The notes: a model not told the origin generated them from the sequence alone. Positions 39,761 to 50,679 are shown, counted from the first letter of the stretch. The stretch is 64,000 nucleotides of DNA from an uncultured Pseudomonadota bacterium (GCA_963836235.1 CAWIIP010000002.1:1152001-1216000); one strand, 5' to 3'. Numbers and translations: made by a program.

Positions 39761-40008
39761 CCCAGCCGCTTGCGGGCGTCCGAAAGGGAAACCCCGCCTT
39801 TCTTGCCATATTCCTTCCTCGACTCCTCGATTTGGGCCATGAACTCTGGCTGCTTATAAACCAAATCCTCTATTTCGTCCTCGGTCAGGTGCAGCAGGAC
39901 GGCCTGGGGCTTTCCATGGTTCGTAATGACGTATTTTTCCCCTTTTTCCACGTCCTTCATCACCGAAGGGGTTTTCAAGCGCAAGTCGCGCATATTCACG
40001 AATTTCAA
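39754..40008 (-). CDS. Phd/YefM-family antitoxin
   Basis: VNMRDLR...ITNHGKPQAVL; operator palindrome TGTTACT-6bp-AGTAACA at 40021-40040. Confidence 0.85.
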   Translation of the reverse strand: MKFVNMRDLRLKTPSVMKDVEKGEKYVITNHGKPQAVLLHLTEDEIEDLVYKQPEFMAQIEESRKEYGKKGGVSLSDARKRLGL

Positions 40009-40123
40009 GGGGGACTCCTATGTTACTTATTTGAGTAACATTATTTTAAGCCCCGGCCAGACGGAAAGCAAGCGTTCGGACAGCGGATTTTTTGTCCAAC
40101 CCGGGTCCCCGTCGTGGACAACT

Positions 40124-41071
40124 TCACCCGCCGCCTTTTCGATCATACCCACATTTCCCACAAAATTTTTGGTTGTGTTGAATGGGATGCCCGCACGTGA
40201 GACACCGCATGGTTTTTAACCAATAAAAGACTAAGTAATAGAAAAGGGCAAAAAACAAAACCCCGGTCAAAATTCCAAACAATGGGTTTATGAAAAGCAT
40301 CATAAAAAGATTGAAAAAGATAACCGAAATATAAGAGGTCGTATTTAATGAATAAAAACCACCATGGAATTGTTTGATGAAGGCGGGAAGATCCATATAA
40401 CTATTCGGGGGAACAAGAGGCTGAACAGGGTATCTAATTGTGGGAAAGGACTTGTCCTCAAATTTGAGTACCTCCGGGGTGGGGGTAGGTAACAATTCCG
40501 ATGTTCCCAATTCATTTGATTCCGACGCCCGCAACAAGAAGCTAATGTTTTTATAACAAAATGGGAGACCGTCAAAAGAATTACTCCGTTCCACAACCTG
40601 ATGAACAAGTTTCATATCCAGTTTTATATTTTTTCCACCCACGGCAAGAGTGAGCGGTTTTTGAATTGGGGTTGGCACGACGGTCGGGCAGAAAAAATAA
40701 TCGTTTTTAAAATCCTTAGGGAATTGTTTCGTATGCGGTTCTGTCTTGGGGAGGATTTCGATATTGATCCCGTCAAAATTCATTCCTAAAGCAGGGCCAG
40801 CAGTGCATATTCTTAACAAGAACAACGAACCATCCTTTTTTTGGAGCCATGCGCCATAGGTGTTCTGGAGCCCGTCCTTCGTTTTGCCCAGTTGAAATTT
40901 CAGATCGCATGGAAGTTTATAGGTCGTTTGCGGGTTGGTGACGCTCTCGAATGTTTGGACAAGCAAAGGCTGGTCCGATCGGCCATGGCCCTGAATCGCG
41001 AAAATGCCACAAAGAATGATGATCAGACTCATTACGAAATAATGACGAGGCAACAGATAACGCAGCTTCAT
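40124..41071 (-). CDS. Cassette: hypothetical membrane protein with C-terminal zinc ribbon
   Basis: N- and C-terminal TMs; CLTCG...CGKCG; start uncertain (41071 or 41107). Confidence 0.7.
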   Translation of the reverse strand: MKLRYLLPRHYFVMSLIIILCGIFAIQGHGRSDQPLLVQTFESVTNPQTTYKLPCDLKFQLGKTKDGLQNTYGAWLQKKDGSLFLLRICTAGPALGMNFDGINIEILPKTEPHTKQFPKDFKNDYFFCPTVVPTPIQKPLTLAVGGKNIKLDMKLVHQVVERSNSFDGLPFCYKNISFLLRASESNELGTSELLPTPTPEVLKFEDKSFPTIRYPVQPLVPPNSYMDLPAFIKQFHGGFYSLNTTSYISVIFFNLFMMLFINPLFGILTGVLFFALFYYLVFYWLKTMRCLTCGHPIQHNQKFCGKCGYDRKGGG

Positions 41072-41176
41072 CGATACCCACTTCCTATTCAGAAACGAAA
41101 GTGCCAACTTTATTATCCTGCTGTTTACCAGATTTTACCTGTCCACTCCGGGTCCCCGTCGTGGACAACCTTGGTG

Positions 41177-41842
41177 TCATAAGCTCCAAAATTCGTAACC
41201 AAGAGAAAATAACCCATCTAGATGTTGGCCAAAACCATTGATGGATCTCCCATCATTACTTTTAAGGGTATTGTTATAAATATAACCCTCCCCTAGTTCG
41301 AGTCTTGCGTCCAAAACAAAATTACCGAGTTCAAATGAAGCGCCAAAGTCGAACCCCCAATCCAATGGGTTGTAGGAAGGAGTGGTTGACGCTGGAAAAC
41401 CGGCGGGGACCGAAGGGCTATAGAGCCCCTGTAAAAGCAAACCGGTATAGGGCCCAAACAAAAGGTTTGCTTTAAAATCCTGGATGGTCAGAACCTTTCC
41501 TTTCAGGAGGAGCGGTATTTCCAAATAGGGGAAAGGGTAACGATAACTTGGATAGTTAGGATTACTGTAGACATCTTCATCCCCTTTTAAGACATATAAA
41601 AGCTCAGGTTGGAATGATAGGAAGTCATAGATTTTTATGTCGGAAAACAACCCCACATTGAACCCATAATAACCCGCACCCCCAAAGTAAAAAGTTCCTG
41701 TTCCTCCTACAGCTGGATAAATTTGGCAATTAGTAACACCCGCCTTAACCCCCAACGTGACTGGATCGGCCCAGGAATACATGGATGAAAAAAATTGGAG
41801 GAAAAGAAAACAACTAGTAATAAATAAGCTTGGCTTCATCAT
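41177..41842 (-). CDS. Cassette: porin-family outer-membrane beta-barrel
   Basis: LGVKAG, LSFQPELLYVLKG, YLEIPLLLK, GPYTGLLL, DWG, LGYEF. Confidence 0.8.
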   Translation of the reverse strand: MMKPSLFITSCFLFLQFFSSMYSWADPVTLGVKAGVTNCQIYPAVGGTGTFYFGGAGYYGFNVGLFSDIKIYDFLSFQPELLYVLKGDEDVYSNPNYPSYRYPFPYLEIPLLLKGKVLTIQDFKANLLFGPYTGLLLQGLYSPSVPAGFPASTTPSYNPLDWGFDFGASFELGNFVLDARLELGEGYIYNNTLKSNDGRSINGFGQHLDGLFSLGYEFWSL

Positions 41843-41932
41843 GCCTCCCTATTCTGGACAACTTATCTTGCCTTTATTTTAGCTCTTTGACGGCAAAAGG
41901 GTTGTCCACGACGGGTCCCCGTCGTGGACAAG

Positions 41933-42796
41933 TTAAACAACGGCCTTGATTCGTTTCCAATCCTCTTCAATAAAACCAACCACACTGTCATCCTGATTCG
42001 ATCCGATGATCTGATGGGCATGTTTCTTTAATTCCGGCTCGGCGTTGCTCACGGCGATGCTTCGATCCGCTATCTTGAACATCTTGATATCGTTCATGTG
42101 GTCCCCAAAAACCACCAATTCCCTGTCCTGAAGTCCCATTCGCTCCTGAAGAGTGCGGATCGCCTGGTCCTTGGTTGCCCGGTGGTCGTGGATGGTCAGC
42201 CAGTGCCAACCACGACAATAGATGTCCTCAACAAAATGGGTTTCCACCCCTGACCCATGACTTTTTTGGATGGTTTTTTCCAAAGGTTGTAAGGTTTCCT
42301 CTTTCCCAATGACCGTCAGGCAAACCACATCTTGGGATTTGATGGCTTCGAAATTCCTTACCTGGAGAAGCCGATGGTCGTTATTTTTCCTACGGTCGTT
42401 CAAATAAAATTCCATCCCATCATTCTTGATCTCGCTGTAATAAAGCCGGTCATTTTCGCCGTCGAACGCGGATACGAAAGGCAGGTGTCGATGATCCAAA
42501 ATGGTTTTGAGGAGGTCTTTCACGATCTCAGGTTGGATACAGTTGATGAGCTGATGGTCACCGGTTTGGTAATCAGAAATAAAAGCGCCGTTGAATTCGA
42601 TGACCGGCAAAGCAAGGGAAAGCCCCCTTAAAACCTGGCGGATGGAAACGATGCTCCGGGCACTGGCAACGGTGAACAGAAGTCCTTCCTTCAATAAAAA
42701 CTCTAAAGTGCGCAAGGAAACATCGGACAATTTCCCATTATTGGCAAGAAGGGTTCCATCCAAGTCCGATATATATAATGGTTTCGTCGAAGTCAT
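41933..42796 (-). CDS. Cassette: Cof-type HAD-IIB hydrolase
   Basis: SDLDGTLL, ASAR, FNGA, ATK, FGDHMNDIKMF. Confidence 0.92.
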   Translation of the reverse strand: MTSTKPLYISDLDGTLLANNGKLSDVSLRTLEFLLKEGLLFTVASARSIVSIRQVLRGLSLALPVIEFNGAFISDYQTGDHQLINCIQPEIVKDLLKTILDHRHLPFVSAFDGENDRLYYSEIKNDGMEFYLNDRRKNNDHRLLQVRNFEAIKSQDVVCLTVIGKEETLQPLEKTIQKSHGSGVETHFVEDIYCRGWHWLTIHDHRATKDQAIRTLQERMGLQDRELVVFGDHMNDIKMFKIADRSIAVSNAEPELKKHAHQIIGSNQDDSVVGFIEEDWKRIKAVV

Positions 42797-42875
42797 GTCC
42801 TATTATTCTTCATCGGTTTCTTTCGCGCCAAGGATTTTCCCTTGTCCAATCTGTGTCCCCGTCGTGGACAACCAC

Positions 42876-43307
42876 TTAACCAATCTTCTTATATAAAAAG
42901 TACCGTTCGCTTCCCTTTGGGAAGTGTTTTAAGGAACCAAATCTTTTAAAACCTAATTTTCGATAAAATCCCGGAGCTTGGAAATCGAAAGTGTCCAAAT
43001 GGACATACTTGCAGCCCCTCTTTTTTGCAACTGCCTCAGCCTTATTAAGGAGTTGAGTTCCAATGTCCTTGTTCCTGTGTTTTTCATCCACCCATAACAT
43101 TTTTACAAAAAGCCAGCCCCAATAGGTGCCGCTGACCAAACCGGCGATCAATTTCCCCTTGGAGTCGATGGCCTCAAAATCCAAGTCCTTCCAATTGAAA
43201 CGGCCAATCTTTTTCGCGTTATAAGCATTGAGTTCTTGGACAACCCTATTTCGGAATTTTTTATTCGATGACGATACGGGTTTGATTGAAGCTGAAGTTC
43301 TTGTCAT
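42876..43307 (-). CDS. Cassette: GNAT N-acetyltransferase
   Basis: LWVDEKHRNKDIGTQLL, LDTFDFQAPGFYRKLGF. Confidence 0.92.
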   Translation of the reverse strand: MTRTSASIKPVSSSNKKFRNRVVQELNAYNAKKIGRFNWKDLDFEAIDSKGKLIAGLVSGTYWGWLFVKMLWVDEKHRNKDIGTQLLNKAEAVAKKRGCKYVHLDTFDFQAPGFYRKLGFKRFGSLKHFPKGSERYFLYKKIG

Positions 43308-43410
43308 GCCGCCCCTTTACGCCTTAATAAATAATCATCGCCTGAAAAGGTTGTCCACGACGGGTCCCCGTAGTGGACAGATTTTTTATATCAAAAGGGC
43401 GAATTGGAAT

Positions 43411-44544
43411 TTATTGGATTTCCCGGATCAGGTTGTTGTCCTGGTCCGCGATGTAGATTTTCCCGGAGGAATCCACCGCGATTCCATCAGGCTGGTTGAA
43501 AAGGGCCTGGTAGCAATTTCCGTTGGTTGAACCCGCGACCCCCACTTTTCCCAACAGGGTCGTCACCACGCCCCCTGGGGTAATTTCACGGATCAGGTTG
43601 TTCCACGCGTCCGTCACGTAAACATTTCCGGAGGAATCCACCGCGACCCCAAGGGGCATATTGAAAGACGCCGCGGTCCCGATTCCGTCGGCCGAGCCGG
43701 CTGACCCGGACCCCGCCAGGGTCGTCACCACGCCTCCCGGAGTGATTTTCCGGATCATGTCGTTGTAAGAATCCGCGACATAAACATTCCCCGAAGAATC
43801 GACCGCGAGTCCAACGGGATTATAAAAAGACGCGGCGGTTCCGGTTCCGTTGGTGGCCCCCCAGGCACCCGATCCCGCCAGGGTCGTCACGACGCCGCCC
43901 GGGGTAATTTTCCGGATGAGGTCGTTGGTTTGATCCGCCACATAAACGTTTCCGGAAGCATCGACGGCTATTCCCCAAGGTCCGTTGAACGAAGCGGCGG
44001 TTCCCGTTGCGTTTACCGCGCAACAAGGCCCGCCTCCGGCCAAGGTGGTCACCACCCCACCGGGGGTTATCATCCGGATCAGGTTGTTAATGGTATCCGC
44101 GACATAAACATTGCCCGAAGAATCCACCGCCAGGGCGTAGGGAGTATGAAAGGACGCGGCGGTCCCGGTGGCGTTGACGGCTCCAATCGCCCCGGACCCG
44201 GCCAAGGTCGTTACTACCCCACCTGACGTGATTTCCCGTATCAGGTTGTTGTAAGTATCCGCCACATAAACATTCCCGGAAGAATCCACGGCGGCCCCCG
44301 TAGGGAAATTGAACGACGCGGCTGTACCAGTGGCGTTGACGGCTCCAACCAACCCGGACCCCGCCAAGGTCGAAACGATTTTCCCGCTACAGGTGGGGGT
44401 AGGCGAACCTGTGGCGGTAAAGGTTTTGGTGGGAGGTGGAGCGGGAGTTGGAACGCTCAGAGGGCCTAACGTATAGGTCTTCTGGCAAGCCAGGGGGAAC
44501 AGGCCGATCAAGAGGATTACCGCGATAAGGAAAAGTCGATTCAT
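43411..44544 (-). CDS. Cassette: NHL-repeat lipoprotein
   Basis: Lipobox PLAC; six repeats of F..P.G.AVDSSGNVYVAD..N..IR.IT. Confidence 0.9.
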   Translation of the reverse strand: MNRLFLIAVILLIGLFPLACQKTYTLGPLSVPTPAPPPTKTFTATGSPTPTCSGKIVSTLAGSGLVGAVNATGTAASFNFPTGAAVDSSGNVYVADTYNNLIREITSGGVVTTLAGSGAIGAVNATGTAASFHTPYALAVDSSGNVYVADTINNLIRMITPGGVVTTLAGGGPCCAVNATGTAASFNGPWGIAVDASGNVYVADQTNDLIRKITPGGVVTTLAGSGAWGATNGTGTAASFYNPVGLAVDSSGNVYVADSYNDMIRKITPGGVVTTLAGSGSAGSADGIGTAASFNMPLGVAVDSSGNVYVTDAWNNLIREITPGGVVTTLLGKVGVAGSTNGNCYQALFNQPDGIAVDSSGKIYIADQDNNLIREIQ

Positions 44545-44638
44545 ACTTGCCTCAATTATAGAAGCGTAACGAAGATTGGATTATACCCCTTTTACCTGTC
44601 CACGATGGGTCCCCGTCGTGGACAAGTGTTTTCGTTGA

Positions 44639-44923
44639 TTAATGAGCGGCCAGATGGTGGCGTTTCTTTTTAGCTAGATAGTGCTGGTCCAATCCTTGGC
44701 GAAGGATCGATTTGATAACTGCTTGGCGGCTTACATTCATTTCGCGGACCAACCCATCCAATTCCTTAAGCATGTTTTCCGCGAAATCCACATTGACCCG
44801 GCGGATGGCCGGCATCATTTTTCCGTGGTTCGTAAAATGTTTCGAGATGTTCTCCCCTTTGTCAGCCATTTGAGCTAATTGTTCAGCCGTTGGAACTGTT
44901 TTTGCCTTATGAATGGTTTTCAT
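44639..44923 (-). CDS. Cassette: CopG/RHH antitoxin (BrnA-like partner)
   Basis: RRVNVDF..ML.ELD...VSRQAVIK; overlaps the BrnT-like gene. Confidence 0.8.
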   Translation of the reverse strand: MKTIHKAKTVPTAEQLAQMADKGENISKHFTNHGKMMPAIRRVNVDFAENMLKELDGLVREMNVSRQAVIKSILRQGLDQHYLAKKKRHHLAAH

Positions 44924-45185
44924 ATAATTTCCTTTCTTCCTTAGTGGATTTCCAAAGAGTGACTAAGTGAATGTACTCGCCATCCCGATCCGTTCTCTCT
45001 TCATAGATCACGGTATAGAGCCTTTCCCCAACCCAACCAATAGCCCGCCATTGCTCCGGTAAATCCGAACGCTGGTCAAGGTAGTAAGGGCTTTCCCAAA
45101 GCATTTGGGCTTCCTCGAAACCAATGCCACGTGCCCGGTTCCGACGAAGGCTATTGCTCTTGTTCCTGTCGAACTTAAACCGCAT
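44907..45185 (-). CDS. Cassette: BrnT-family toxin
   Basis: F.FDRNKS...GIGFEEA...AIG...R......I.L.T..KST..ER..YE; palindrome GTATAAC-T-GTTATAC at 45197-45211. Confidence 0.85.
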   Translation of the reverse strand: MRFKFDRNKSNSLRRNRARGIGFEEAQMLWESPYYLDQRSDLPEQWRAIGWVGERLYTVIYEERTDRDGEYIHLVTLWKSTKEERKLYENHS

Positions 45186-45302
45186 CTACGCTCCATGTAT
45201 AACTGTTATACCATCTATTCCTGATTACCTCAAGAAAGCATCCGGCACGAATTTAGGTGTCCACGACGGGTCCCCGTCGTGGACAGCCTTTGAATGGGTT
45301 CC

Positions 45303-47021
45303 TCATTCAAAACCATAGAATGAATAAGGAACTGATTTTGAATCTTTCACCGTGCTGTTGACATAAACTTTACCGGAATCGCTGTCGTAGAGCCAACCTA
45401 TGTTACTACCAGTGGGGACTTCCCCCTTTTTGGCCATAGTGACATAATTTCCTTCCGGGCTTTTGGCACTTGCGACAAAAGCGCTAGTGACCTGGACCAT
45501 GGGAATAACTTGGGTTCCGGATGTATCCCTGCTTTCCATCACAGCCTGTTCCAGTTTTTCGGATGAGGCCGGCCAGCGATGGTGTTTTTGATGGTATGAA
45601 TGAACCCCTATATAAATCCGCAACAAATCACAACGAGTACAAGTTTCGTTCGTTTTTTCGACCATCTGGGCAAAGCGTGGCCTAGAGAACGAACTCATCA
45701 ACCATGTTTTTCTCCAGTCATCATCACGGACATGTTCAGCGGCGGCGGGACCCATTTTGAGAGCTTTCATATATTGGACACCATAATCATATTGGGAACC
45801 CTGGTCGAATAGCAAAAAGGGCCAATAAATGATTCCAAAGAATTTGCTAATAGCATTGCCTTCGAGGGTTACATATCCCCACCAACCTAATTGGCAAAAA
45901 TCCGTCAAATAAAATTTAAACAAGTCGTTTTGCATCGCTGTAAAAAATTCAGTTCTGATCCTACTCGGCTCAATGAAAGGAAAAAGCTCCATCCCTCCTT
46001 TCCCTTTTACCTCTAAAAGCGGCAAAACTCGCTCGGCTGGAGCCACCATCATTCCCGCAACGGCCACACCTATCATTTCTCCAATTAAGGTATGGGTTTG
46101 ATCCACCATATCTGCCAATAGGAACCCCTCCTCAAGGCTGCGGACCGCACCTTGGGCATTTCCGTCCATGGCTTGCACGGTCGCCCGAAAACGGATCAAA
46201 CGCGCAAGAGACAAAAGATGTGTCATCCGTGGAATAGCGATTTGCCAAGAGGGTTTATGATTCCAGTCAATTCCCCAATCTACTCCCTTGTATTCCGTAG
46301 TGGCGTCGATCAACCGGAAAGCATCTTCATGTTCTTTCAACAACTTTCGGGCATAGGCCTTGTCCTCGGCTGTCACGAGACCCTGGGAAACCCGGTGGGT
46401 GAAATAAATCGCGAATTCATCTTCAGCCATCTTTCCAAAAAAGGGCTGGTTGGTCAGGTTGGGCTGATTTTTATGATTCCCATATTTCCGTGTGTTTTCG
46501 GAAAACCTGCCATTGGGTGCGGGGTCATCATAAATTGCCGATAGCCCTCCGAATTTACGCATGGAAGGCGAGTTCCAGGCCTCGTTGATGAGGACAACGG
46601 CGTTTTGATCGTCCGGCAGCACGGGTGCATTTGACGAGGGTTCAAGGCTGTACCCGCCTTCTATGACGTCTTTTTGTGCGATGTTCAGGGAGATTTGCCC
46701 CATATACCGCCAAAAAAAACCGCCAGCTACATAACCCAGGATCATGAATAATAAAAACGGAAGGATGGAGCTAGCGAGTGCCCGAAACCCATTTTTCTTT
46801 TTGCGGTATTTCGGGAACGATTTTCTCCACAACCAAAAAAGGAAAGGGACTGATGCCGCCAATAACAGAAGAGTGATTGCCCAAAACCAAAAGGACTTGG
46901 TATCGGACCAAGGGGTTAAGCCCGACCAAGGCATGATTTTGCCAAGCCAGAAACCCGGCAAAGTTACCAACAATAAACCAGCTACCACTGGGGGCCAGAC
47001 GGTTTTCCAAAGAGATTTCAA
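45303..47021 (-). CDS. Cassette: hypothetical membrane protein
   Basis: 572 aa, three N-terminal TMs; helical body; C-terminal YHQKHHRWP...GWLYDS segment weakly reminiscent of pseudopilin heads. Confidence 0.7.
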   Translation of the reverse strand: MKSLWKTVWPPVVAGLLLVTLPGFWLGKIMPWSGLTPWSDTKSFWFWAITLLLLAASVPFLFWLWRKSFPKYRKKKNGFRALASSILPFLLFMILGYVAGGFFWRYMGQISLNIAQKDVIEGGYSLEPSSNAPVLPDDQNAVVLINEAWNSPSMRKFGGLSAIYDDPAPNGRFSENTRKYGNHKNQPNLTNQPFFGKMAEDEFAIYFTHRVSQGLVTAEDKAYARKLLKEHEDAFRLIDATTEYKGVDWGIDWNHKPSWQIAIPRMTHLLSLARLIRFRATVQAMDGNAQGAVRSLEEGFLLADMVDQTHTLIGEMIGVAVAGMMVAPAERVLPLLEVKGKGGMELFPFIEPSRIRTEFFTAMQNDLFKFYLTDFCQLGWWGYVTLEGNAISKFFGIIYWPFLLFDQGSQYDYGVQYMKALKMGPAAAEHVRDDDWRKTWLMSSFSRPRFAQMVEKTNETCTRCDLLRIYIGVHSYHQKHHRWPASSEKLEQAVMESRDTSGTQVIPMVQVTSAFVASAKSPEGNYVTMAKKGEVPTGSNIGWLYDSDSGKVYVNSTVKDSKSVPYSFYGFE

Positions 47022-47226
47022 ATTAATATTCCCTTCTCCATTACATGCAAAAGAAAATTGTTAGAAATCCCAAAACACCTCGTTGGCCCATAATAAAGCC
47101 GCCTCGATTGGCCGGACCGGAACCGGTTTATCTCATCTTGGTCCGTTGAGATATGCTCCTGAAAACAGGGGCCATCCATTTTTCCTTGTCCACGACGGGT
47201 CCCCGTGGTGGACAACCAAAACCTAT

Positions 47227-47811
47227 TTATTTGCGATCAACCCATTTTTCCACAGATGTTGGAATATAAGCTTCCATTTCCTTAAGAAGTTGTTCCGGCT
47301 CTTGGGCCACCAATATCATTTGACGGTGTTCCTCCCTCAAAAAACGCTGGTCAACGGCGTGGTCCAAAAAATCCATCAAACGGTCGAAATAACCACGGAC
47401 GTTTAAAAAACCAACCGGTTTCGAATGGATGCCCAACTGCGCCCAGGTCAAAACTTCTGTCACTTCTTCCAATGTTCCCAGACCCCCGGGCATGGCAACG
47501 AACCCGTCCGACAATTGGAACATCTTGGTCTTTCTTTCGTGCATTGTTGGAACAACGTGAAGTTCCCCCAGGCCCTTATGGCCAACCTTTTGATTGAGTT
47601 CTTCGGTAATGACCCCAATCACTTCCCCCCCATGGCTCAAAACCGAGTTGGCGATCTCCCTCATTAGACCCACATTCGCCCCCCCATAGATAAGCGAACT
47701 ACCCCTCTGCGCCAGCCTCTTTCCCAACTCGCGGGATGCATCGACATACTCGGGGTGAGCCCCTGGGCTGGAGGCACAATTGACGCAAATTCTTTTTAGT
47801 TTTCCAGACAT
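47227..47811 (-). CDS. Cassette: LOG-family nucleotide phosphoribohydrolase
   Basis: YGGANVGLM, MHERK, PGGLGTLEE, QLGIHSKP. Confidence 0.93.
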   Translation of the reverse strand: MSGKLKRICVNCASSPGAHPEYVDASRELGKRLAQRGSSLIYGGANVGLMREIANSVLSHGGEVIGVITEELNQKVGHKGLGELHVVPTMHERKTKMFQLSDGFVAMPGGLGTLEEVTEVLTWAQLGIHSKPVGFLNVRGYFDRLMDFLDHAVDQRFLREEHRQMILVAQEPEQLLKEMEAYIPTSVEKWVDRK

Positions 47812-47888
47812 TTAAACCACCTTTATAAAAAACCATCACTTAAATTTACCTATCCAAGAAGGATCCCCGTCGTGGACAACCAAAATAT

Positions 47889-48572
47889 TTAAGCGGGGAG
47901 CAATCCTGGCAATTCCATCAAACTCTGTATAACGGGAACTTCTAAACCCGATTCCACACCCCTGCTTTTGCGGTCCAGCCAAATACCTTTCATCCCGGCT
48001 TTTTGACTGCTCCTAGCATCTGTTTCTAATCGATCTCCTACGTAAACACAATCTGTCAATGGAACTCCCGCTTGTTTCGCGGCCAATTCAAAGATGGCTT
48101 GTTCGGGTTTGGCGCAACCCACCTCACCGCTGATGATGACGGTCGAAAAATATGGTTCCAAGTCTGTCTTTCGGATTTTGGACCGGTGTTGTTCCTTTTC
48201 ACCGTTGGTGATTAGCCCTAGGGAGCGTCCTTTCAGGGACCGCAAGCATGGAAGGGAGTCGGTGAAGAGTTCCCACCGAGATTCATAGGTATCCAGGTAC
48301 ACCTGAAAACGGGCATCTGCCTCGATCTCGGAAAGAGGATGGGAAAAGATTTCCCTCACCCTACCCCTGCGGCGTTCCTCTGTAGTCAACCTCAGGAAAG
48401 GAGAATTTGACTGGAAATATTTTTCCGAAACGGTTTCCCAACGCAAAAGAAAATCTTCCAAGTCTTCCTTAAAAGAAGACCGGTAAGTTTCATAGACCTT
48501 TGTGGCCCCGGCTTTGGCTGCGGCGCTGTGGTCCAAAAGAGTATCATCGAGGTCAAAAAATACCATGGTCAT
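47889..48572 (-). CDS. Cassette: HAD-IA hydrolase
   Basis: FDLDDTL, ITNG, KPE..IF, VGDRLETD. Confidence 0.92.
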   Translation of the reverse strand: MTMVFFDLDDTLLDHSAAAKAGATKVYETYRSSFKEDLEDFLLRWETVSEKYFQSNSPFLRLTTEERRRGRVREIFSHPLSEIEADARFQVYLDTYESRWELFTDSLPCLRSLKGRSLGLITNGEKEQHRSKIRKTDLEPYFSTVIISGEVGCAKPEQAIFELAAKQAGVPLTDCVYVGDRLETDARSSQKAGMKGIWLDRKSRGVESGLEVPVIQSLMELPGLLPA

Positions 48573-48696
48573 CCTTTTATCCCTTGTCCACGACGGGTCC
48601 CCGTCGTGGACAAGGTCTGACTAACCTTTTTATTCTGTGTAGTATTTCGTGTCCAAACAAAACTTGGGATAGGAAAGATCGATTTTCGAAACACTT

Positions 48697-49095
48697 TTAA
48701 ACATGGGGAAACACCTTTCTTATCCATGCCTGCAAAACCAAAGCGTTGGTACAAGCGCATAAAACAATAATCAAAAACCAAGTAAAATATTTCCATTTAA
48801 ATTTGGAAGTGTATAAAAGAAACATTCTTATCAGCAACACATAAACGACGATGAAGCCATATAGTGGCACCGCGCTCCCTTCCAAGCTCCAATTAATTGA
48901 TAGCGCTTTATAAACAATCCGAAGAAGAATAAAGGGCGCGCTAACGAAATAGTATTGAACATTGGCGCTAATAATTTCGAGCCAGAAATAATTTGAATTG
49001 TTCAGGATTTTTACTTCTTTTGTTGCCCACAGAACAAAAGACACACCCGCAACTAAAACCATTTCACTGAGTAGTTTAGATTTATTAATATTCAT
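48697..49095 (-). CDS. Cassette: hypothetical four-TM protein
   Basis: Hydrophobic AT-rich ORF; the ORF-track start at 49194 crosses a repeat, so a downstream Met is preferred. Confidence 0.6.
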   Translation of the reverse strand: MNINKSKLLSEMVLVAGVSFVLWATKEVKILNNSNYFWLEIISANVQYYFVSAPFILLRIVYKALSINWSLEGSAVPLYGFIVVYVLLIRMFLLYTSKFKWKYFTWFLIIVLCACTNALVLQAWIRKVFPHV

Positions 49096-49237
49096 GTTTA
49101 TTAATGGTTTCCCGAGTTGGTCTCGAACTGGCCCGGCATTCATTCTCAATTTCACCTGTCCACGATGGGTCCCCGTCGTGGACAACCTTTTCACTAATTT
49201 TTAACCCCACCACAAGAATCACTTTTGAGTTTTCTAT

Positions 49238-50137
49238 CTATTCTTTATTCCAATCCCTCAGAAGAGAATCCACTTCATATTTCAAATGCCTGTTTTTTGT
49301 GCTTTTTGAAAAATCTTCCAATGATTTTTTAACATTGTCATTTTTCATCTTCGTTAAAATCAAAAGCGCTTTATCTCGCAGATCATCTTTTTGGGATTCA
49401 TCTCGCAAAACTTTTATAATCGGCGAAAGTATCAGCTTTTGAACATCCATCGAAGCGCCCGATTGTTCTAAAAGCTCCATTGCCTCTGCCGCTTTAATTG
49501 AAACTTCCGGTGTCATATTCAAAGCTTTAATGAGGATCGGCTTGGCTTTTTCGTCCACATAGTTTCGATCTTTTAAAAAGTCATATTCATAAAGCGAATT
49601 TATTTCGTACCATTCATTATTTTCCAACCACCTTTGGTAATAAGGGGTCACAGTTTTTAAATCATCCAAACGATACAAAATATACACGGCATTTTTATCT
49701 TTATTGTTTCCAGTCAAAAACTCCTTCATTTTTTCAATAATAATTTTTTTATCATTCTTTTGAAATACCGGATCATTTTTCAAAGATGAGACTAACGCAC
49801 CCAGGACATAGAACGGGGAAAGGGATTTTAAATCGGTGGGATTATTTATTAAATCCAACACAGGCCCGATGGCCCGTCGGTCCCGCGAATTTGAAATCTG
49901 TTTTAAGGCTGCCTGTTTTTCCTCTAAATTCCCATTCTTAAGTTTTTCCAATAACTCGGATAAATGAGCCTGTATTGTTTGGGCTTCGGCCCGGGTTAAT
50001 TCTTCGGTCTTAACTCGACTTAACCGTTTTTCATCTTCATTACCAACGCTCTGTTTCTCGGTTTGGCCAAAACCGGGCGGAACACTTAAAAAGGTTAGCG
50101 TTATTAAAAATAATGCATTCCTCATAATTGATTTCAT
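49238..50137 (-). CDS. Cassette: exported HEAT-repeat-like protein
   Basis: Signal peptide; helical repeats (AIGPVLDLI, AKPILIKAL, LRDKALLIL). Confidence 0.65.
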   Translation of the reverse strand: MKSIMRNALFLITLTFLSVPPGFGQTEKQSVGNEDEKRLSRVKTEELTRAEAQTIQAHLSELLEKLKNGNLEEKQAALKQISNSRDRRAIGPVLDLINNPTDLKSLSPFYVLGALVSSLKNDPVFQKNDKKIIIEKMKEFLTGNNKDKNAVYILYRLDDLKTVTPYYQRWLENNEWYEINSLYEYDFLKDRNYVDEKAKPILIKALNMTPEVSIKAAEAMELLEQSGASMDVQKLILSPIIKVLRDESQKDDLRDKALLILTKMKNDNVKKSLEDFSKSTKNRHLKYEVDSLLRDWNKE

Positions 50138-50233
50138 ATAACACCTTTCAATTTTTATGGCTTTTCACCTGTCCAATGCGGGTCCCCGTAGTGGACAGCG
50201 TTTCATCTTCCTAAACGTCAATTATTTCCTTTT

Positions 50234-50626
50234 TCATTTCTTCTTTTTAAATTCCCCTACTTTAAATATTGCTTGGGCGCAAACTGCGATAACACAATTT
50301 ATTGCAACCATTGCGATCAACAACAAGACGTCCGAATCCCCCGTTAGGGCTGGAATAATGCCAAGGTAATACAGATACAACCGTAGTCCGATCATAAACA
50401 AAGCGGAGAGCAACCAAATAAGGGTGAATTTAGAAATAAATTTTCCCTTATCATCCCTAACAAATATGAAAACCAAAAAAACCATAAGAATAAAATAAAC
50501 AATAGTGCCACCGACAAGATGATGCAATTCCTCGGATAATCCCAAGGGATCCAAAATCAAATCCGACGCCCACCAGCCGCCGGCACCGATGAATATTGCG
50601 ATTAATGTTTCTATCCAGGTTGCCAC
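50234..50626 (-). CDS. Cassette: hypothetical four-TM protein
   Basis: GTG start with AGGGG RBS; four hydrophobic segments. Confidence 0.65.
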   Translation of the reverse strand: MATWIETLIAIFIGAGGWWASDLILDPLGLSEELHHLVGGTIVYFILMVFLVFIFVRDDKGKFISKFTLIWLLSALFMIGLRLYLYYLGIIPALTGDSDVLLLIAMVAINCVIAVCAQAIFKVGEFKKKK

Positions 50627-50679
50627 TTATTCACACCCCTAGTGCTTTTCCCTGTCCACGATGGGTCCCCGCCGTGGAC

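Noticed and set aside
43430-44380. Tandem DNA repeats as a separate repeat array or DGR template
   Set aside because: Explained by NHL protein repeats in one ORF; no reverse transcriptase in the window.
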